The translations under genes were made by a program, and so were the position numbers. This document shows positions 50,913 through 60,961 of a stretch of DNA of 64,000 nucleotides, piece after piece. Within the stretch, counting starts at the first letter, position 1, and each line of letters starts with the position of its first letter. This DNA comes from Opitutaceae bacterium. GTDB lineage: Bacteria > Verrucomicrobiota > Verrucomicrobiia > Opitutales > Coraliomargaritaceae. The stretch lies in contig JBPOFY010000001.1 in assembly GCA_051252375.1 (NCBI GenBank), positions 160,001 through 224,000 of the forward strand, read 5' to 3'. The notes below the pieces were generated by a model. It ran no database searches, had not been told where the DNA came from, and saw only the letters and a list, made by a program, of their open reading frames with translations.

Positions 50913-52316
50913 ATGATGCCTCTGCAACTTGACAACGCCACCCCACTTTTTGAACGCCGCGGACTCATGCTCGACGTGAGCCGTAATCGCGTGCCGACGA
51001 TGGCTTGGCTAGAGACCTTGATCGATGCCCTTGCTGCGCTGTGCTATAACGAGCTGCAACTCTACACAGAGCATACCTTCGCCTACAAAGACCACCGGAC
51101 TGTTTGGCAAAACGCCTCCCCCTTCACCGCGGAAGAGATCCAGTCGATTGACCGCTATTGCCAAGCGCACGGGATCGAACTGGTTGCGAATCAGAATTCT
51201 TTCGGACACATGGAACGCTGGCTGCGGCATGCCGAATACGAGCATCTTGCCGAATGCCCGGATGGCTTCGAACATCCAATCAGCGGTTGGCGGCAATCCG
51301 GAAGCACTTTATATCCTGACAAGCAGAGCATTGAATTCTTGAACGGGCTTTACGCTGAACTGCTTCCTAATTTCAAGTCTTCCGTAATGAATGTCGGGGG
51401 CGATGAACCTTGGGAACTCGGCAAAGGACGCAGCGCAGATCGTGTCGAAGACGAAGGCAAGCATCGCGTGTATCTTGACTACATGAAACAAGTTTTTGCG
51501 TTAGCAGAAAAGCATGGTCGGCAAGCTCAGTTCTGGGCGGATATCATTCTCGAACGCCCAGACCTTGTTCCAGAATTACCGAAATCAGTCACTCCAGTCA
51601 TTTGGGGCTACGAGCCAGATTCGCCGTTTGATGAACAATGTAAAACAGTAGCAGAAGCTGGTTTCGCCAACAATTTCTACGTCGCTCCAGGCGCAGGCAA
51701 TTGGAATTCCTTTGGCGGACGCTTAGATGTAGCGCGCGCCAACATCGAGCTCGCCGCACGCGCAGGACATGCCAATCAAGCAAAAGGACTACTCCTAACT
51801 GCTTGGGGCGACAACGGGCACCATCAACCGTGGCCCACCCTCTTCCCTGCGCTCATTCTAGCTGCCTACGCGGCTCATGGGGAATCGATCGACGATGCCG
51901 CATTAGCCGAAAACATCGATCAGTTGTTCTACTCAAACCGCCCCAAGGGTCACGGCGCCGTGCTCTGCGCGCTTGGGCATATTGATAAATTACTGCCACA
52001 ACCAGCACCCCCTAGCAGCTTCCTGCACTCTGCGTTCTTCGCCAACGATCCCAAAATCGAGGAGCTTTCGGAGCTCACTTACTTGGCCGACGTCGAAGCC
52101 ACCCTCGATGCACTCAATTCGATTCACGCAACAGGCCTCGACCCTGAAATACTACTTGGTATCGACCTCAACCGATTTGCCGCTGAGCGGTGCATAGGAG
52201 ATACGACGACGCACTCGCGCAATGCCTTGAAAAAGCGTTTCACTCACCTCTGGCGCCAGCGTAGCCGAGAGGGAGGACTTGCCGAAAGCCTGAATGCGTT
52301 CAGCTACAAGTCCTAG
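50913..52316 (+). CDS. Glycoside hydrolase family 20 (beta-N-acetylhexosaminidase-like)
   Basis: RGLMLDVSR, QNSFGHM, NVGGDEPW catalytic DE pair, FWADI, LLTAWGD; no signal peptide seen. Confidence 0.85.
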   Translation: MMPLQLDNATPLFERRGLMLDVSRNRVPTMAWLETLIDALAALCYNELQLYTEHTFAYKDHRTVWQNASPFTAEEIQSIDRYCQAHGIELVANQNSFGHMERWLRHAEYEHLAECPDGFEHPISGWRQSGSTLYPDKQSIEFLNGLYAELLPNFKSSVMNVGGDEPWELGKGRSADRVEDEGKHRVYLDYMKQVFALAEKHGRQAQFWADIILERPDLVPELPKSVTPVIWGYEPDSPFDEQCKTVAEAGFANNFYVAPGAGNWNSFGGRLDVARANIELAARAGHANQAKGLLLTAWGDNGHHQPWPTLFPALILAAYAAHGESIDDAALAENIDQLFYSNRPKGHGAVLCALGHIDKLLPQPAPPSSFLHSAFFANDPKIEELSELTYLADVEATLDALNSIHATGLDPEILLGIDLNRFAAERCIGDTTTHSRNALKKRFTHLWRQRSREGGLAESLNAFSYKS

Positions 52317-52382
52317 CCAATCAATCGCAACAAAGTCCATTGCATCCTGTCAGAATATTGGTCAACTAGACGACGCTTCCAC

Positions 52383-53354
52383 ATGATCCGACTCATCCAT
52401 CGCTTACAGCTATTTTGCCTGCTAACACTCGCAACCGCCAGTATCCTTCACGGTCAGAACCGCGAAATCCTTGCCGAATATCGGATCGGGATCATGGGAC
52501 GCGACCAAGAAGATGCCATTTACCAAGCCGCCCACTTGGGCGCACAAGATGCGGCACGGGAACTCAGCCACAAATATTCAATCGATGTGGAGCTGCTAGT
52601 CTACACACCCAACCGAGAACAAGGCGCCAATCAAATCACATCGATGGCTGAGCTTTTCATCGAAGAGGCCGACGGCTTCATCATCAGTCCCGCCAACCCG
52701 AAAGCCATTGGACCCGCAATCGAATTTGCCATCGAGCAAGGTCAAGAAATTGTCTTTTTCGAACGTAACCTCGAAGGCACCACTCCGCTCGCCTCGATCA
52801 TCGCAGACGAGAAGAAAGCCGGGCAGCTCGCCGGAGAAGCCATCCTCAAAAAGTTACCCACCAAAGGTCGTGTCGCTATCCTCACGAGTGTAACACCTGA
52901 CGCAGGTCTCAAAGATCGGCTGGAGGGTCTGCGCAGCACACTTGGCTATCGTCGCATCGAAACAATCGTTACCTGCGAACCCAACTACCTCTCCGCCATC
53001 GAAGCAATTCGGGCTGCTGAGGAAGCCGACCGAAACGATTTGATCAAAGGCTGGGTGTTTTTAGACGACTGGCCACTTCTTGGAATGCCTGCCTTGCCTT
53101 GGAAGCCGAATTCATTACCTGTCGTGGCCATTCAATCCTCGCCCTCAGCTTTTATGTATATCGATCAGGGTTATGTCGATGCGCTGGTCGTGCACCCCTA
53201 CTATAAATGGGGCTACCTCAGCGTTGAAACCATGGTCAATAAACTCTTCAATCAAGTCAGCCCCGAAGACCCTAACATCCTTACTGAGCCACGCGTGGTC
53301 GACTGGCAGAACATCGACAGCTACCGCGAAAGTTGGAAAATCTGGCTAAAGTAA
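52383..53354 (+). CDS. Periplasmic sugar-binding protein (RbsB/Peripla_BP type I)
   Basis: Signal peptide; ADGFIISPAN, DEKKAGQLAGE, RLEG, HPYYKWGYLSVE. Confidence 0.8.
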   Translation: MIRLIHRLQLFCLLTLATASILHGQNREILAEYRIGIMGRDQEDAIYQAAHLGAQDAARELSHKYSIDVELLVYTPNREQGANQITSMAELFIEEADGFIISPANPKAIGPAIEFAIEQGQEIVFFERNLEGTTPLASIIADEKKAGQLAGEAILKKLPTKGRVAILTSVTPDAGLKDRLEGLRSTLGYRRIETIVTCEPNYLSAIEAIRAAEEADRNDLIKGWVFLDDWPLLGMPALPWKPNSLPVVAIQSSPSAFMYIDQGYVDALVVHPYYKWGYLSVETMVNKLFNQVSPEDPNILTEPRVVDWQNIDSYRESWKIWLK

Positions 53355-53432
53355 CCGCCTTGGCTTGAGCTAAATGCGAATCTGTATAGATTACTATTGC
53401 CGCACAAATACGCCCCACGATTTATTATTAAT

Positions 53433-54293
53433 ATGAAGTTTTTAAAATATCACGCACTCGGTAACGACTACCTCGTTCTCGACCCCGAAGAAGCTCCGGC
53501 ACTCCCCGCTACTGATGATACAGTGCGCATCTGCCATCGTAATTTTGGTCTCGGTTCCGACGGTATCCTCTACGGCCCCCTACCAACAGAACGCGCAGAC
53601 TTCGGGCTACGCATTATCAATCCAGATGGCTCCGAAGCAGAAAAAAGCGGCAACGGTTTGCGCATCTTTGCCCGCTACTTATACGACACTGGTAAAGTTC
53701 AAAACGAAGCGTTCACCGTCGATACATTGGGTGGCATCGTGACTTGCGAGATCGGCGAAAATGCCGAACTGATCACAGTAGATATGGGACAAGTGAGCTT
53801 TGCCATGAACCACATCCCAGTTGATGGCCCAGAACAATCCGACCACAATATCGGACAACAACTTACAGTAAACGGCACAAACTACACCGCTTACATCGCC
53901 GACATCGGCAACCCCCACTGCGTCGTCCCGCTCCCTAAGATCTCAGAGGAACTCGCTTGCAAAGACGGCGCCGCACTCGAAGTGCACCCTCAATTTCCGA
54001 ACCGCACCAACGTGCAGTTCCTCAAGGCGATAGATCGCAATAACATCCAGATTGAAATCTGGGAACGTGGTGCAGGCTACACGCTAGCCTCTGGCTCCAG
54101 CAGCAGTGCCGCAGCAGCAGTCGCACACCGTATCGGTCTCTGCGATCGCGATATCACCGTCCACATGCCAGGTGGCAAAATTCAGATCCACATCGGTGAT
54201 GATTATGCCATTCGCATGGCAGGACCAGCCACTCGTGTCGCCACAATGGAATTTGATAGCGAAGCCCTCGGCTTCGTGGTGGACAATAGCTAG
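53433..54293 (+). CDS. dapF: Diaminopimelate epimerase family protein (Ser/Ser active-site variant)
   Basis: KYHALGNDY, RNFGLGSDG, NPDGSEAEKSGNG, GNPHCV, FPNRTNVQF, WERGAGYTLASGS; start moved to ATG 53433. Confidence 0.85.
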   Translation: MKFLKYHALGNDYLVLDPEEAPALPATDDTVRICHRNFGLGSDGILYGPLPTERADFGLRIINPDGSEAEKSGNGLRIFARYLYDTGKVQNEAFTVDTLGGIVTCEIGENAELITVDMGQVSFAMNHIPVDGPEQSDHNIGQQLTVNGTNYTAYIADIGNPHCVVPLPKISEELACKDGAALEVHPQFPNRTNVQFLKAIDRNNIQIEIWERGAGYTLASGSSSSAAAAVAHRIGLCDRDITVHMPGGKIQIHIGDDYAIRMAGPATRVATMEFDSEALGFVVDNS

Positions 54294-55337
54294 TTATTTC
54301 ACTGCCGGCTGGTGCTGACTCATGCAATGAATCGCGCCGCCTTCGTGAATAATATCGCAGCAATCAAAGCCCACGATTTCGCGCCCCGGGAAACAGTCGC
54401 CTATAATTTCTAGTGCCTGTTCATCGCTCGTGGGCTGACCGTAGGTTGGCACGAGCACGGCTCCGTTCAGCACTAAATAGTTCATGTAACTCGCGGCCAG
54501 CGGTTCGCCATCTGCCATGATCGGCTCCGGCAATGGCAACTGCACAGAAGCAAAGGGCCGACCTTCGGATGTTGTGAACGCTTGAATACGCCGAGTGTTC
54601 TCCAGTAAGGCTTCGGCATTCTCGTCCATCTCAGCAGATATTTCCGCAATCAAAATTCCATCCTCCTTAAAAAAGCGGGCTAAATTATCGATATGCCCAT
54701 CGGTATCATCCCCGACCAGACCATCTTTCAGCCAAAGCACTTCATCGACACCGAGTCCGGATGCTAAACGTGAGGCAATCCCCTCTTTTGTGGTGGCTCC
54801 ATTACGATTCGGGTTCAACAACACCACTTCAGTAGTCAAAATCTGGCCAGCTCCATTGCTCTCGATCGCACCGCCTTCCAGCACTGTATCAAACGCAAAA
54901 CGGCGCAGCCCAAGCTTCTCCGCCATCCAAGCTGAAGCACGATTGTCTTTCGATTGCAGCGGAAACTTATTGCCCCAAGCATTATACTGCCAATCAGTGA
55001 GACAAACACTGCGCCCATCTTCACTGAGTAAAAATAACGGTCCAAAATCGCGACACCAGACATCGTCTGTCTCGTAATCAAAGAGCTCCACGGCGCTATG
55101 ATCACCCGCCTGCGCCATCAATTCGATGAGTTTAGACTGAGCCGAAACTGGGCATAGAACACGCACCGTTTGAAAGCGCGCGGCCAATACATATAAAGCC
55201 GCCAGTTGCTCTTTAACTTTAGCATTACGCTCCCCCCACAGATCCGTGCGAGTGGGCCAAGCGAACCAAACCGCCTCTTGCGGCTCCCATTCAGCAGGGA
55301 ATCGATAGCCTAGTTCTTTCGGTGTGCGGTGCGCCAT
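54294..55337 (-). CDS. aguA: Agmatine deiminase
   Basis: FPAEWEPQ, WCRDFGP, LEGGAIESNG, DDTDGHIDNLARF, GGAIHCMSQ. Confidence 0.93.
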   Translation of the reverse strand: MAHRTPKELGYRFPAEWEPQEAVWFAWPTRTDLWGERNAKVKEQLAALYVLAARFQTVRVLCPVSAQSKLIELMAQAGDHSAVELFDYETDDVWCRDFGPLFLLSEDGRSVCLTDWQYNAWGNKFPLQSKDNRASAWMAEKLGLRRFAFDTVLEGGAIESNGAGQILTTEVVLLNPNRNGATTKEGIASRLASGLGVDEVLWLKDGLVGDDTDGHIDNLARFFKEDGILIAEISAEMDENAEALLENTRRIQAFTTSEGRPFASVQLPLPEPIMADGEPLAASYMNYLVLNGAVLVPTYGQPTSDEQALEIIGDCFPGREIVGFDCCDIIHEGGAIHCMSQHQPAVK

Positions 55338-55363
55338 AGTTAGTAGAAGTATGACGCAATAAT

Positions 55364-56248
55364 TTACTCTTCGTCAATCATCCGACGCGTCAGGCCAGAA
55401 AAACTATCAATCCGACGATCTCTAAAAAATGGCCAAATCCGACGCATATCCTCCAATGCCTTCAAATCGCAATCTGCTAGAACAATCGCCTCCTCGCTGA
55501 CAGGTGCACGCTCAATGATTTGACCGTAAAAATCGGCGACAAAAGACTGCCCCCAAAACTCGGTCTCGCCTTCGGTCCCAGTGCGATTGACTGCCGCCAC
55601 ATAACAACCGTTTGCGACGGCATGACCACGTTGCACCGTTTCCCACGCCGTATGCTGCGCTTCGCCGAGTTCGGCTTTTTCTTCCGGCAACCAGCCAATC
55701 GCGGTCGGGTAAAAGATGATTTCAGCGCCCGCCAAGGCCGCCATGCGAGCCGCCTCCGGATACCATTGGTCCCAGCAAATCAACACACTGATCTTTCCGA
55801 ATTTCGTATCCCAGACTTTATACCCAAGGTCGCCTGGCGTGAAATAAAACTTCTCCTCAAAACCCGGGTCTTGCGGGATGTGCATCTTGCGATACTTGCC
55901 GAGATACGTGCCATCAGCGTCAATCACCGCCGCGGTGTTGTGATACACGCCTGAAGCGCGACGTTCAAAAAGTGCGGCAATAATGACGACACCTAGCTCG
56001 CCAGCGACTTTCGCCAACACATCTGTCGTTGGCCCAGGGATCGGTTCGGCGAGATCAAACATCTCGGTATCCTGCGTGCGGCAGAAATACGGCGTATTGA
56101 ACATCTCTTGCGTGCAGATCACCTGCGCGCCGCCAGCTGCGGCCTCACGAATACGAACAATCGTGCAATCAAGGTCTGCAACTTGCGAACCTTGCTCACG
56201 ACCTTGGATCAATGCGATACGAACCTTACGCGTTATTGCAGCACTCAT
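55364..56248 (-). CDS. aguB: N-carbamoylputrescine amidase (nitrilase family)
   Basis: QEMF, YRKMHIPQDPGFEEKFYFTPGD, ICWDQWYPE; adjacent to aguA. Confidence 0.9.
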   Translation of the reverse strand: MSAAITRKVRIALIQGREQGSQVADLDCTIVRIREAAAGGAQVICTQEMFNTPYFCRTQDTEMFDLAEPIPGPTTDVLAKVAGELGVVIIAALFERRASGVYHNTAAVIDADGTYLGKYRKMHIPQDPGFEEKFYFTPGDLGYKVWDTKFGKISVLICWDQWYPEAARMAALAGAEIIFYPTAIGWLPEEKAELGEAQHTAWETVQRGHAVANGCYVAAVNRTGTEGETEFWGQSFVADFYGQIIERAPVSEEAIVLADCDLKALEDMRRIWPFFRDRRIDSFSGLTRRMIDEE

Positions 56249-56251
56249 GGC

Positions 56252-56284
56252 AAAAAGAACGGCGGCCCCGTTAGAAGCCGCCGT
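56252..56284 (-). terminator. Terminator-like hairpin between hisG and aguB
   Basis: Minus strand acggcggcttc-taac-ggggccgccgt followed by tcttttt. Confidence 0.65.
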
Positions 56285-56292
56285 AAAAAGGG

Positions 56293-57174
56293 TTAATAAA
56301 CAACTTTGTTAAGCGGATACTCGATAATGCCCTCGGCACCTCTCGCTTTCAGCTCGGGAATCAGCTCACGGACGATCTTTTCATCCAGGATCGTGTCGAT
56401 CGCGACCCAATTTTCATCAGTGAGGCGATTGATTGTTGGATTACGAAGCGCCGGTATATTAGCAAGCACATCATCAAGTTTCGACTTTTCGATGTTTAGC
56501 TTTAGACCCACCTTGCTGTTCGCTTCCAGAGCGGCTTGAAGCAGCATCGCGATATTCTCGATTTTCTTACGCTTCTCTGGATTCTCCCAAGCTGCCTTAT
56601 TGGCAACCAATACAGTGTTTGTATAGAGCAATGTATCAACGATACGCAGCTTGTTTGCGCGAATCGAGTTACCGGTCTCAGTGAGGTCAACAATCGCATC
56701 AACGAGGTCAGGAACCTTGACCTCGGTAGCGCCCCAAGAGAACTCCACTTCAGCGTTCACGCCATTATCCTTCAAGTATTGGCGCGTGATATTGACCACC
56801 TCAGTCGCGATACGCTTGCCTTCTAGGTCCTTAACGGACTGCACTGGCGAGTTTTCAGGAACAGCAATGATCCATTTCGAGCGCTTATTCGAGGCGCGGC
56901 TGTAAACTAAGCTGCAGACTTCGACAACATCAGAGTCGTTCTCACGAACCCAATCTTGGCCAGTCAGACCACAATCGAAGTATCCATGCTCGACGTAACG
57001 ACTCACTTCTTGAGCGCGCACGAAGCGGCCGTCCAGCTCAGGATCGTCAATCGAAGGACGATAGGAGCGGGAGCTCACGGAAATATTAAAGCCAGCCTTG
57101 CCAAAAAGCTTAATCGTGGAGTCTTGGAGACTCCCCTTAGGCAGGCCCAACATGAGTAATGGTGTGGTTTCCAT
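56293..57174 (-). CDS. hisG: ATP phosphoribosyltransferase (long form)
   Basis: [41 protein letters not shown]-terminal regulatory domain; start moved to ATG 57174. Confidence 0.95.
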   Translation of the reverse strand: METTPLLMLGLPKGSLQDSTIKLFGKAGFNISVSSRSYRPSIDDPELDGRFVRAQEVSRYVEHGYFDCGLTGQDWVRENDSDVVEVCSLVYSRASNKRSKWIIAVPENSPVQSVKDLEGKRIATEVVNITRQYLKDNGVNAEVEFSWGATEVKVPDLVDAIVDLTETGNSIRANKLRIVDTLLYTNTVLVANKAAWENPEKRKKIENIAMLLQAALEANSKVGLKLNIEKSKLDDVLANIPALRNPTINRLTDENWVAIDTILDEKIVRELIPELKARGAEGIIEYPLNKVVY

Positions 57175-57310
57175 CCTCGCAAACCAGCGACAGGAGCGCA
57201 TGGGGACAAGAACAATTTTCGTCAAACAAGCCGGAATCGCGCGAAATAAGGAATTGTAAAGAAATTATAAAGCGCACAAATTGTGTCCTGCTCTTACTAC
57301 TGATACACCC

Positions 57311-57787
57311 ATGGCAAACATCCAACCACTCGAAGCCGGACAAACAGCCCCTGCCTTTACTTACGTAGAAGGAGGTCGTGAAGTGTCTAGCAGTGACGTT
57401 CAATCGCCCCACCTACTCTATTTTTACCCTAAAGACGACACCCCAGGCTGCACTAAAGAGGCTTGCGCCATTCGCGATGCTTGGTGCCAGTTCAAAACCG
57501 CCAAGCTAAAGGTGGTTGGTGTCAGTAAAGATCCCGAAAGCTCCCACGAAAAATTCCGCCAGAAATACCAGCTCCCTTTCCCTTTGATCGCAGATACGGA
57601 GCTCGAACTCGCTAAAGCCTACGGCGTTTATGGCGAAAAGCAGTTCATGGGCCGCACATACGACGGCATACACCGCATCTCCTTCCTTATTTCCCCAGAA
57701 GGCAATATCCTTAAAACCTACCCTAAAGTTAAACCAGAACTACATGCCGCCGAAGTGCTCCAAGATCTGACGGCTCTGACAACATGA
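57311..57787 (+). CDS. bcp: Peroxiredoxin Bcp/PrxQ
   Basis: YFYPKDDTPGCTKEACAIRD; start moved to ATG 57311. Confidence 0.93.
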   Translation: MANIQPLEAGQTAPAFTYVEGGREVSSSDVQSPHLLYFYPKDDTPGCTKEACAIRDAWCQFKTAKLKVVGVSKDPESSHEKFRQKYQLPFPLIADTELELAKAYGVYGEKQFMGRTYDGIHRISFLISPEGNILKTYPKVKPELHAAEVLQDLTALTT

Positions 57788-58527
57788 ATACTACCCCTAC
57801 ACCAAAGCCACTGATCATCGTCGCAGAGGACGAGAAAGATCTCGCAGCACTCATTGCGACACAGCTTGAAATTGCGGGCATGCAAAGCCAAGTCTGCCAC
57901 GAAGCCGGACACGTCGAACGCTTTCTGAAGAATAATTTCGCGAATCTACTGTTACTCGATGTTCACCTGCCAGACTCAACAGGGTTCACCTTGATGGCCG
58001 AACTGCGCAAGAATAACATCGATATCCCGGTTATCTTTCTGACTGGCGAAAACGCTGAAGTGCAAAAAGTCAAAGCACTCGAAATGGGTGGCGACGATTA
58101 TATCACTAAGCCATTCGGCTTTCCTGAGCTGATTGCCCGTATCAATGCAGTCCTTCGCCGCGCAGAAACCGTCAACGATGGCAGCATCACTAAGAATGTA
58201 TCGACCCATGACGAACCCTTCCAATTTTGCGGGGCCGAGGTCAATCCACAGCGCCTTGAGGTCACTTTCCCGGATGGTGAGGCTGAAAGCATCGGGCGTA
58301 AAGAGCTTGGTATCTTCGTTTACTTAGCCGAACATCCAAATTCTGTGCTGACGCGGAAAAACTTGATCCATGCGGTCTGGGGCATCCATGCCGACGTGCG
58401 CAGTCGCTCACTCGACCAATACATCGTAAAAATCCGCGACCTCTATAAGCGGCACGAGCTCAGCTTAGATGCATTCCGCACCGTTCACGGCGTCGGCTAC
58501 ATCTACGATGTTAAAGAGCCAGAGTGA
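57784..58527 (+). CDS. OmpR/PhoB family response regulator
   Basis: AEDE, LLDVHLPD, GGDDYITKPF, winged-helix SRSLDQYIVKIR..TVHGVGY; ATGA overlap with bcp. Confidence 0.92.
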   Translation: MNTTPTPKPLIIVAEDEKDLAALIATQLEIAGMQSQVCHEAGHVERFLKNNFANLLLLDVHLPDSTGFTLMAELRKNNIDIPVIFLTGENAEVQKVKALEMGGDDYITKPFGFPELIARINAVLRRAETVNDGSITKNVSTHDEPFQFCGAEVNPQRLEVTFPDGEAESIGRKELGIFVYLAEHPNSVLTRKNLIHAVWGIHADVRSRSLDQYIVKIRDLYKRHELSLDAFRTVHGVGYIYDVKEPE

Positions 58528-58581
58528 TTAAAGACAGCAGTGTAGCGATCCCCCTCGCGCACGGCGAAGCGTCGCTCCTCA

Positions 58582-60285
58582 CTAGGTGATCCAGTCAAAG
58601 GAAGCATGGGATTCCAGTTCGTCTACTGTGGTGTATCCCAACAAGACCTTCTTCAGCCCATCGTAACGTAACGGGCGATAACCGACCTTCTGCGCCGCGA
58701 TGGCGAGTGCTTCATCACTTGCTCGGTTGCTAATCAAGGAACGCATCTCCTGCGTCACCAATGCCATTTCATGGAAAGCGATTCGACCGTGATAACCAGT
58801 ATTCCGGCAATGTGAGCAACCGCGACCATCATAGAATACCGGCGTTTCTGACACCTGATCCATATCGTCGAAATAGCGATTCAGGACCTCCGGATCGGGC
58901 GTATAGGAACGCTTACAGTTGTCGCAAATTCTAGCAGCCAAGCGTTGCGCCACCACCGCCAAAATGGACGGCGCCACCATGTATGGTTCAATACCCAACT
59001 CTACCAGACGAACCACCGCTTGAATCGCGTTATTCGTGTGCAATGTAGAAAAGACTAAGTGCCCGGTCAGCGCAGCCTCTGTCGCGATTTTGGCTGTTTC
59101 AAAGTCACGAATTTCTCCAACCAAAATCACATCGGGATCCTGCCGCAAGAGGGAGCGCAATAAATTGGAGAATTTTAGCTCTATCTTGTTATTCACCTGC
59201 GACTGAATGATTCCATCCATCCGCGTTTCGACCGGATCTTCAATCGTGCAAATATTCACCTCGGGCGTATTGATCTCATGCAGCGCCGCATAGAGTGTGG
59301 TCGATTTACCTGAACCCGTGGGTCCCGTCACAAAAATCATTCCGTTGGGGCTGCCGATCACTCGCTTGAATGGCTGCAACATCGTTTGCGACATCAACAT
59401 CTGATCCAAGGTCCGGAAGTCACGCTTACCGGTCAGCGCTAGAATACGTAACACAAGTTTCTCGCCAGCAACAGTAGGAATTACCGAGACACGAAAGTTC
59501 ACACTTTCAGAGCCCAATGGCAGTGAAAAGCGTCCATCCTGAGGGAAGCGACTTTCGGAAATATCGAGTTCACAAAGGATTTTAATACGAGATTTCAGTG
59601 GCGCATGCAACGCTGCTGCGATCGTGAAGACGTTCTGCAGCCTGCCATCGATCCGGAAACGAATATTTGTCACATCCTTTTGCGGCTCGATGTGTATATC
59701 AGATGCGCGGTTCTTAATTGCGAGAAGTAGAATCGCCTCCGACAAATTGATGATCGATCTCGACTCGCTCAGCTCTGCCAGCTTCTCGGGATCAAAATTT
59801 GAAAGCACTTCACCCTGACTCTTCTCAAGTTGCTCAATCAACTCATGAACACTTTTCTCCGAACTATAGTGCAGCTCAATAGCATCGACCACTTCACCGC
59901 TTAAACAAAAAACAGCGCTGACCTCCTTGTTTGCGATGGCGGAGATTCGTCCGATCAATGCGGAGTCATGCGGATTCGGCATCGCCACCGTGAGCGCACC
60001 CTCGATCTCGTAGAGCGGCATCACGTTGCCCTTGCTCGCAATCTCTTTCGGGATACAAGAAATCGCGTCTTCACTAATGATCGTCGAAAGTGGATCTACG
60101 TAGGCAGCCTCGATGTAATCACTCCAGATACGACAAGCGATGGGCTTGTCCACGATATCTTCTTCGATCAAATACTCGATTAAATCCAATGTGCCTTCAT
60201 CCGCATTGAGCAAGGCGCGCTCATAAACCTCGTTTGAGATTAAAACGTGTTGCTCTAGTAACTTCTCGCGAATGTTTAGGCTCAT
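58582..60285 (-). CDS. GspE/PilB family secretion/pilus assembly ATPase
   Basis: ASDIHIEP, PQDGRF, GPTGSGKSTTLY, TIEDPVE, LRQDPDVILVGEIRD, TGHLVFSTLHTN, CxxC..CxxC zinc motif. Confidence 0.93.
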   Translation of the reverse strand: MSLNIREKLLEQHVLISNEVYERALLNADEGTLDLIEYLIEEDIVDKPIACRIWSDYIEAAYVDPLSTIISEDAISCIPKEIASKGNVMPLYEIEGALTVAMPNPHDSALIGRISAIANKEVSAVFCLSGEVVDAIELHYSSEKSVHELIEQLEKSQGEVLSNFDPEKLAELSESRSIINLSEAILLLAIKNRASDIHIEPQKDVTNIRFRIDGRLQNVFTIAAALHAPLKSRIKILCELDISESRFPQDGRFSLPLGSESVNFRVSVIPTVAGEKLVLRILALTGKRDFRTLDQMLMSQTMLQPFKRVIGSPNGMIFVTGPTGSGKSTTLYAALHEINTPEVNICTIEDPVETRMDGIIQSQVNNKIELKFSNLLRSLLRQDPDVILVGEIRDFETAKIATEAALTGHLVFSTLHTNNAIQAVVRLVELGIEPYMVAPSILAVVAQRLAARICDNCKRSYTPDPEVLNRYFDDMDQVSETPVFYDGRGCSHCRNTGYHGRIAFHEMALVTQEMRSLISNRASDEALAIAAQKVGYRPLRYDGLKKVLLGYTTVDELESHASFDWIT

Positions 60286-60476
60286 GATTTCTTAATCTTC
60301 TTATTACTTTTTTTGAACATCTGACTAATCTCTTCCGCATCAATTAGTTCGCGTCCCATAATGGAATGCTTACGCTCCTCAACAACCTCATCCATCATTT
60401 CACGATATGAATAACGCACCTCTTTGACCGCGGAAGAGGATGTATCAGGCAGGGGGGTATCGTGGTCTTCGCTCAT
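60282..60476 (-). CDS. Small hypothetical protein (64 aa)
   Basis: Fills the gap between the receiver gene and the ATPase; ATGA overlap with the ATPase start. Confidence 0.6.
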   Translation of the reverse strand: MSEDHDTPLPDTSSSAVKEVRYSYREMMDEVVEERKHSIMGRELIDAEEISQMFKKSNKKIKKS

Positions 60477-60494
60477 AGTTGTCAGGGTAATTAC

Positions 60495-60875
60495 TTACTC
60501 CCAGATTTCGTCGATTAATTCTTGGAGAGTTTCCATCACCGCTTCCTTAGGGGTGTCTTTACGGATATAATGAGAAGCACCGAGCTCAACACTACGCTCC
60601 ACTGCTTGGCGTGAGGCGACAGAAGTCGTCATCACCACGACCGCTTCCTCATCGATGGTCATGATCTCCTGCAATGCTTCCATGCCCTCCATTACGGGCA
60701 TATTGACATCCATCATCGTCAGGTCAGGCCTCCAGCGCTTATAAAGCAACACGGCTTCTTGACCATTCTTTGCCTCATAAAAAGTAGTAAAACCAATCGA
60801 TTTGAGGATCAGTTTTATATACATCCGCAAATGTGGCTCATCATCAACTATCAAGGCGGAATCGGGGCGGCTCAT
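60495..60875 (-). CDS. Single-domain (CheY-like) response regulator
   Basis: LIVDDE, PDLTMMDVNMPVMEG, MTTS, GASHYIRKD; start moved to ATG 60875. Confidence 0.88.
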   Translation of the reverse strand: MSRPDSALIVDDEPHLRMYIKLILKSIGFTTFYEAKNGQEAVLLYKRWRPDLTMMDVNMPVMEGMEALQEIMTIDEEAVVVMTTSVASRQAVERSVELGASHYIRKDTPKEAVMETLQELIDEIWE

Positions 60876-60961
60876 ATTGACATCTTTAAAGGCAAGCGAG
60901 GCATGTCGAGCATGAAAGGCATCTATTGACCTAGACGCATCCGCCACTCAATTTACACTCC

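Noticed and set aside
58543..58577. Hairpin with cgaagcgtcgc, also seen near 36795, as a REP/MITE family
   Set aside because: Only about 11 bp are shared between two sites, too little to call a repeat family; more simply a hairpin between convergent genes.
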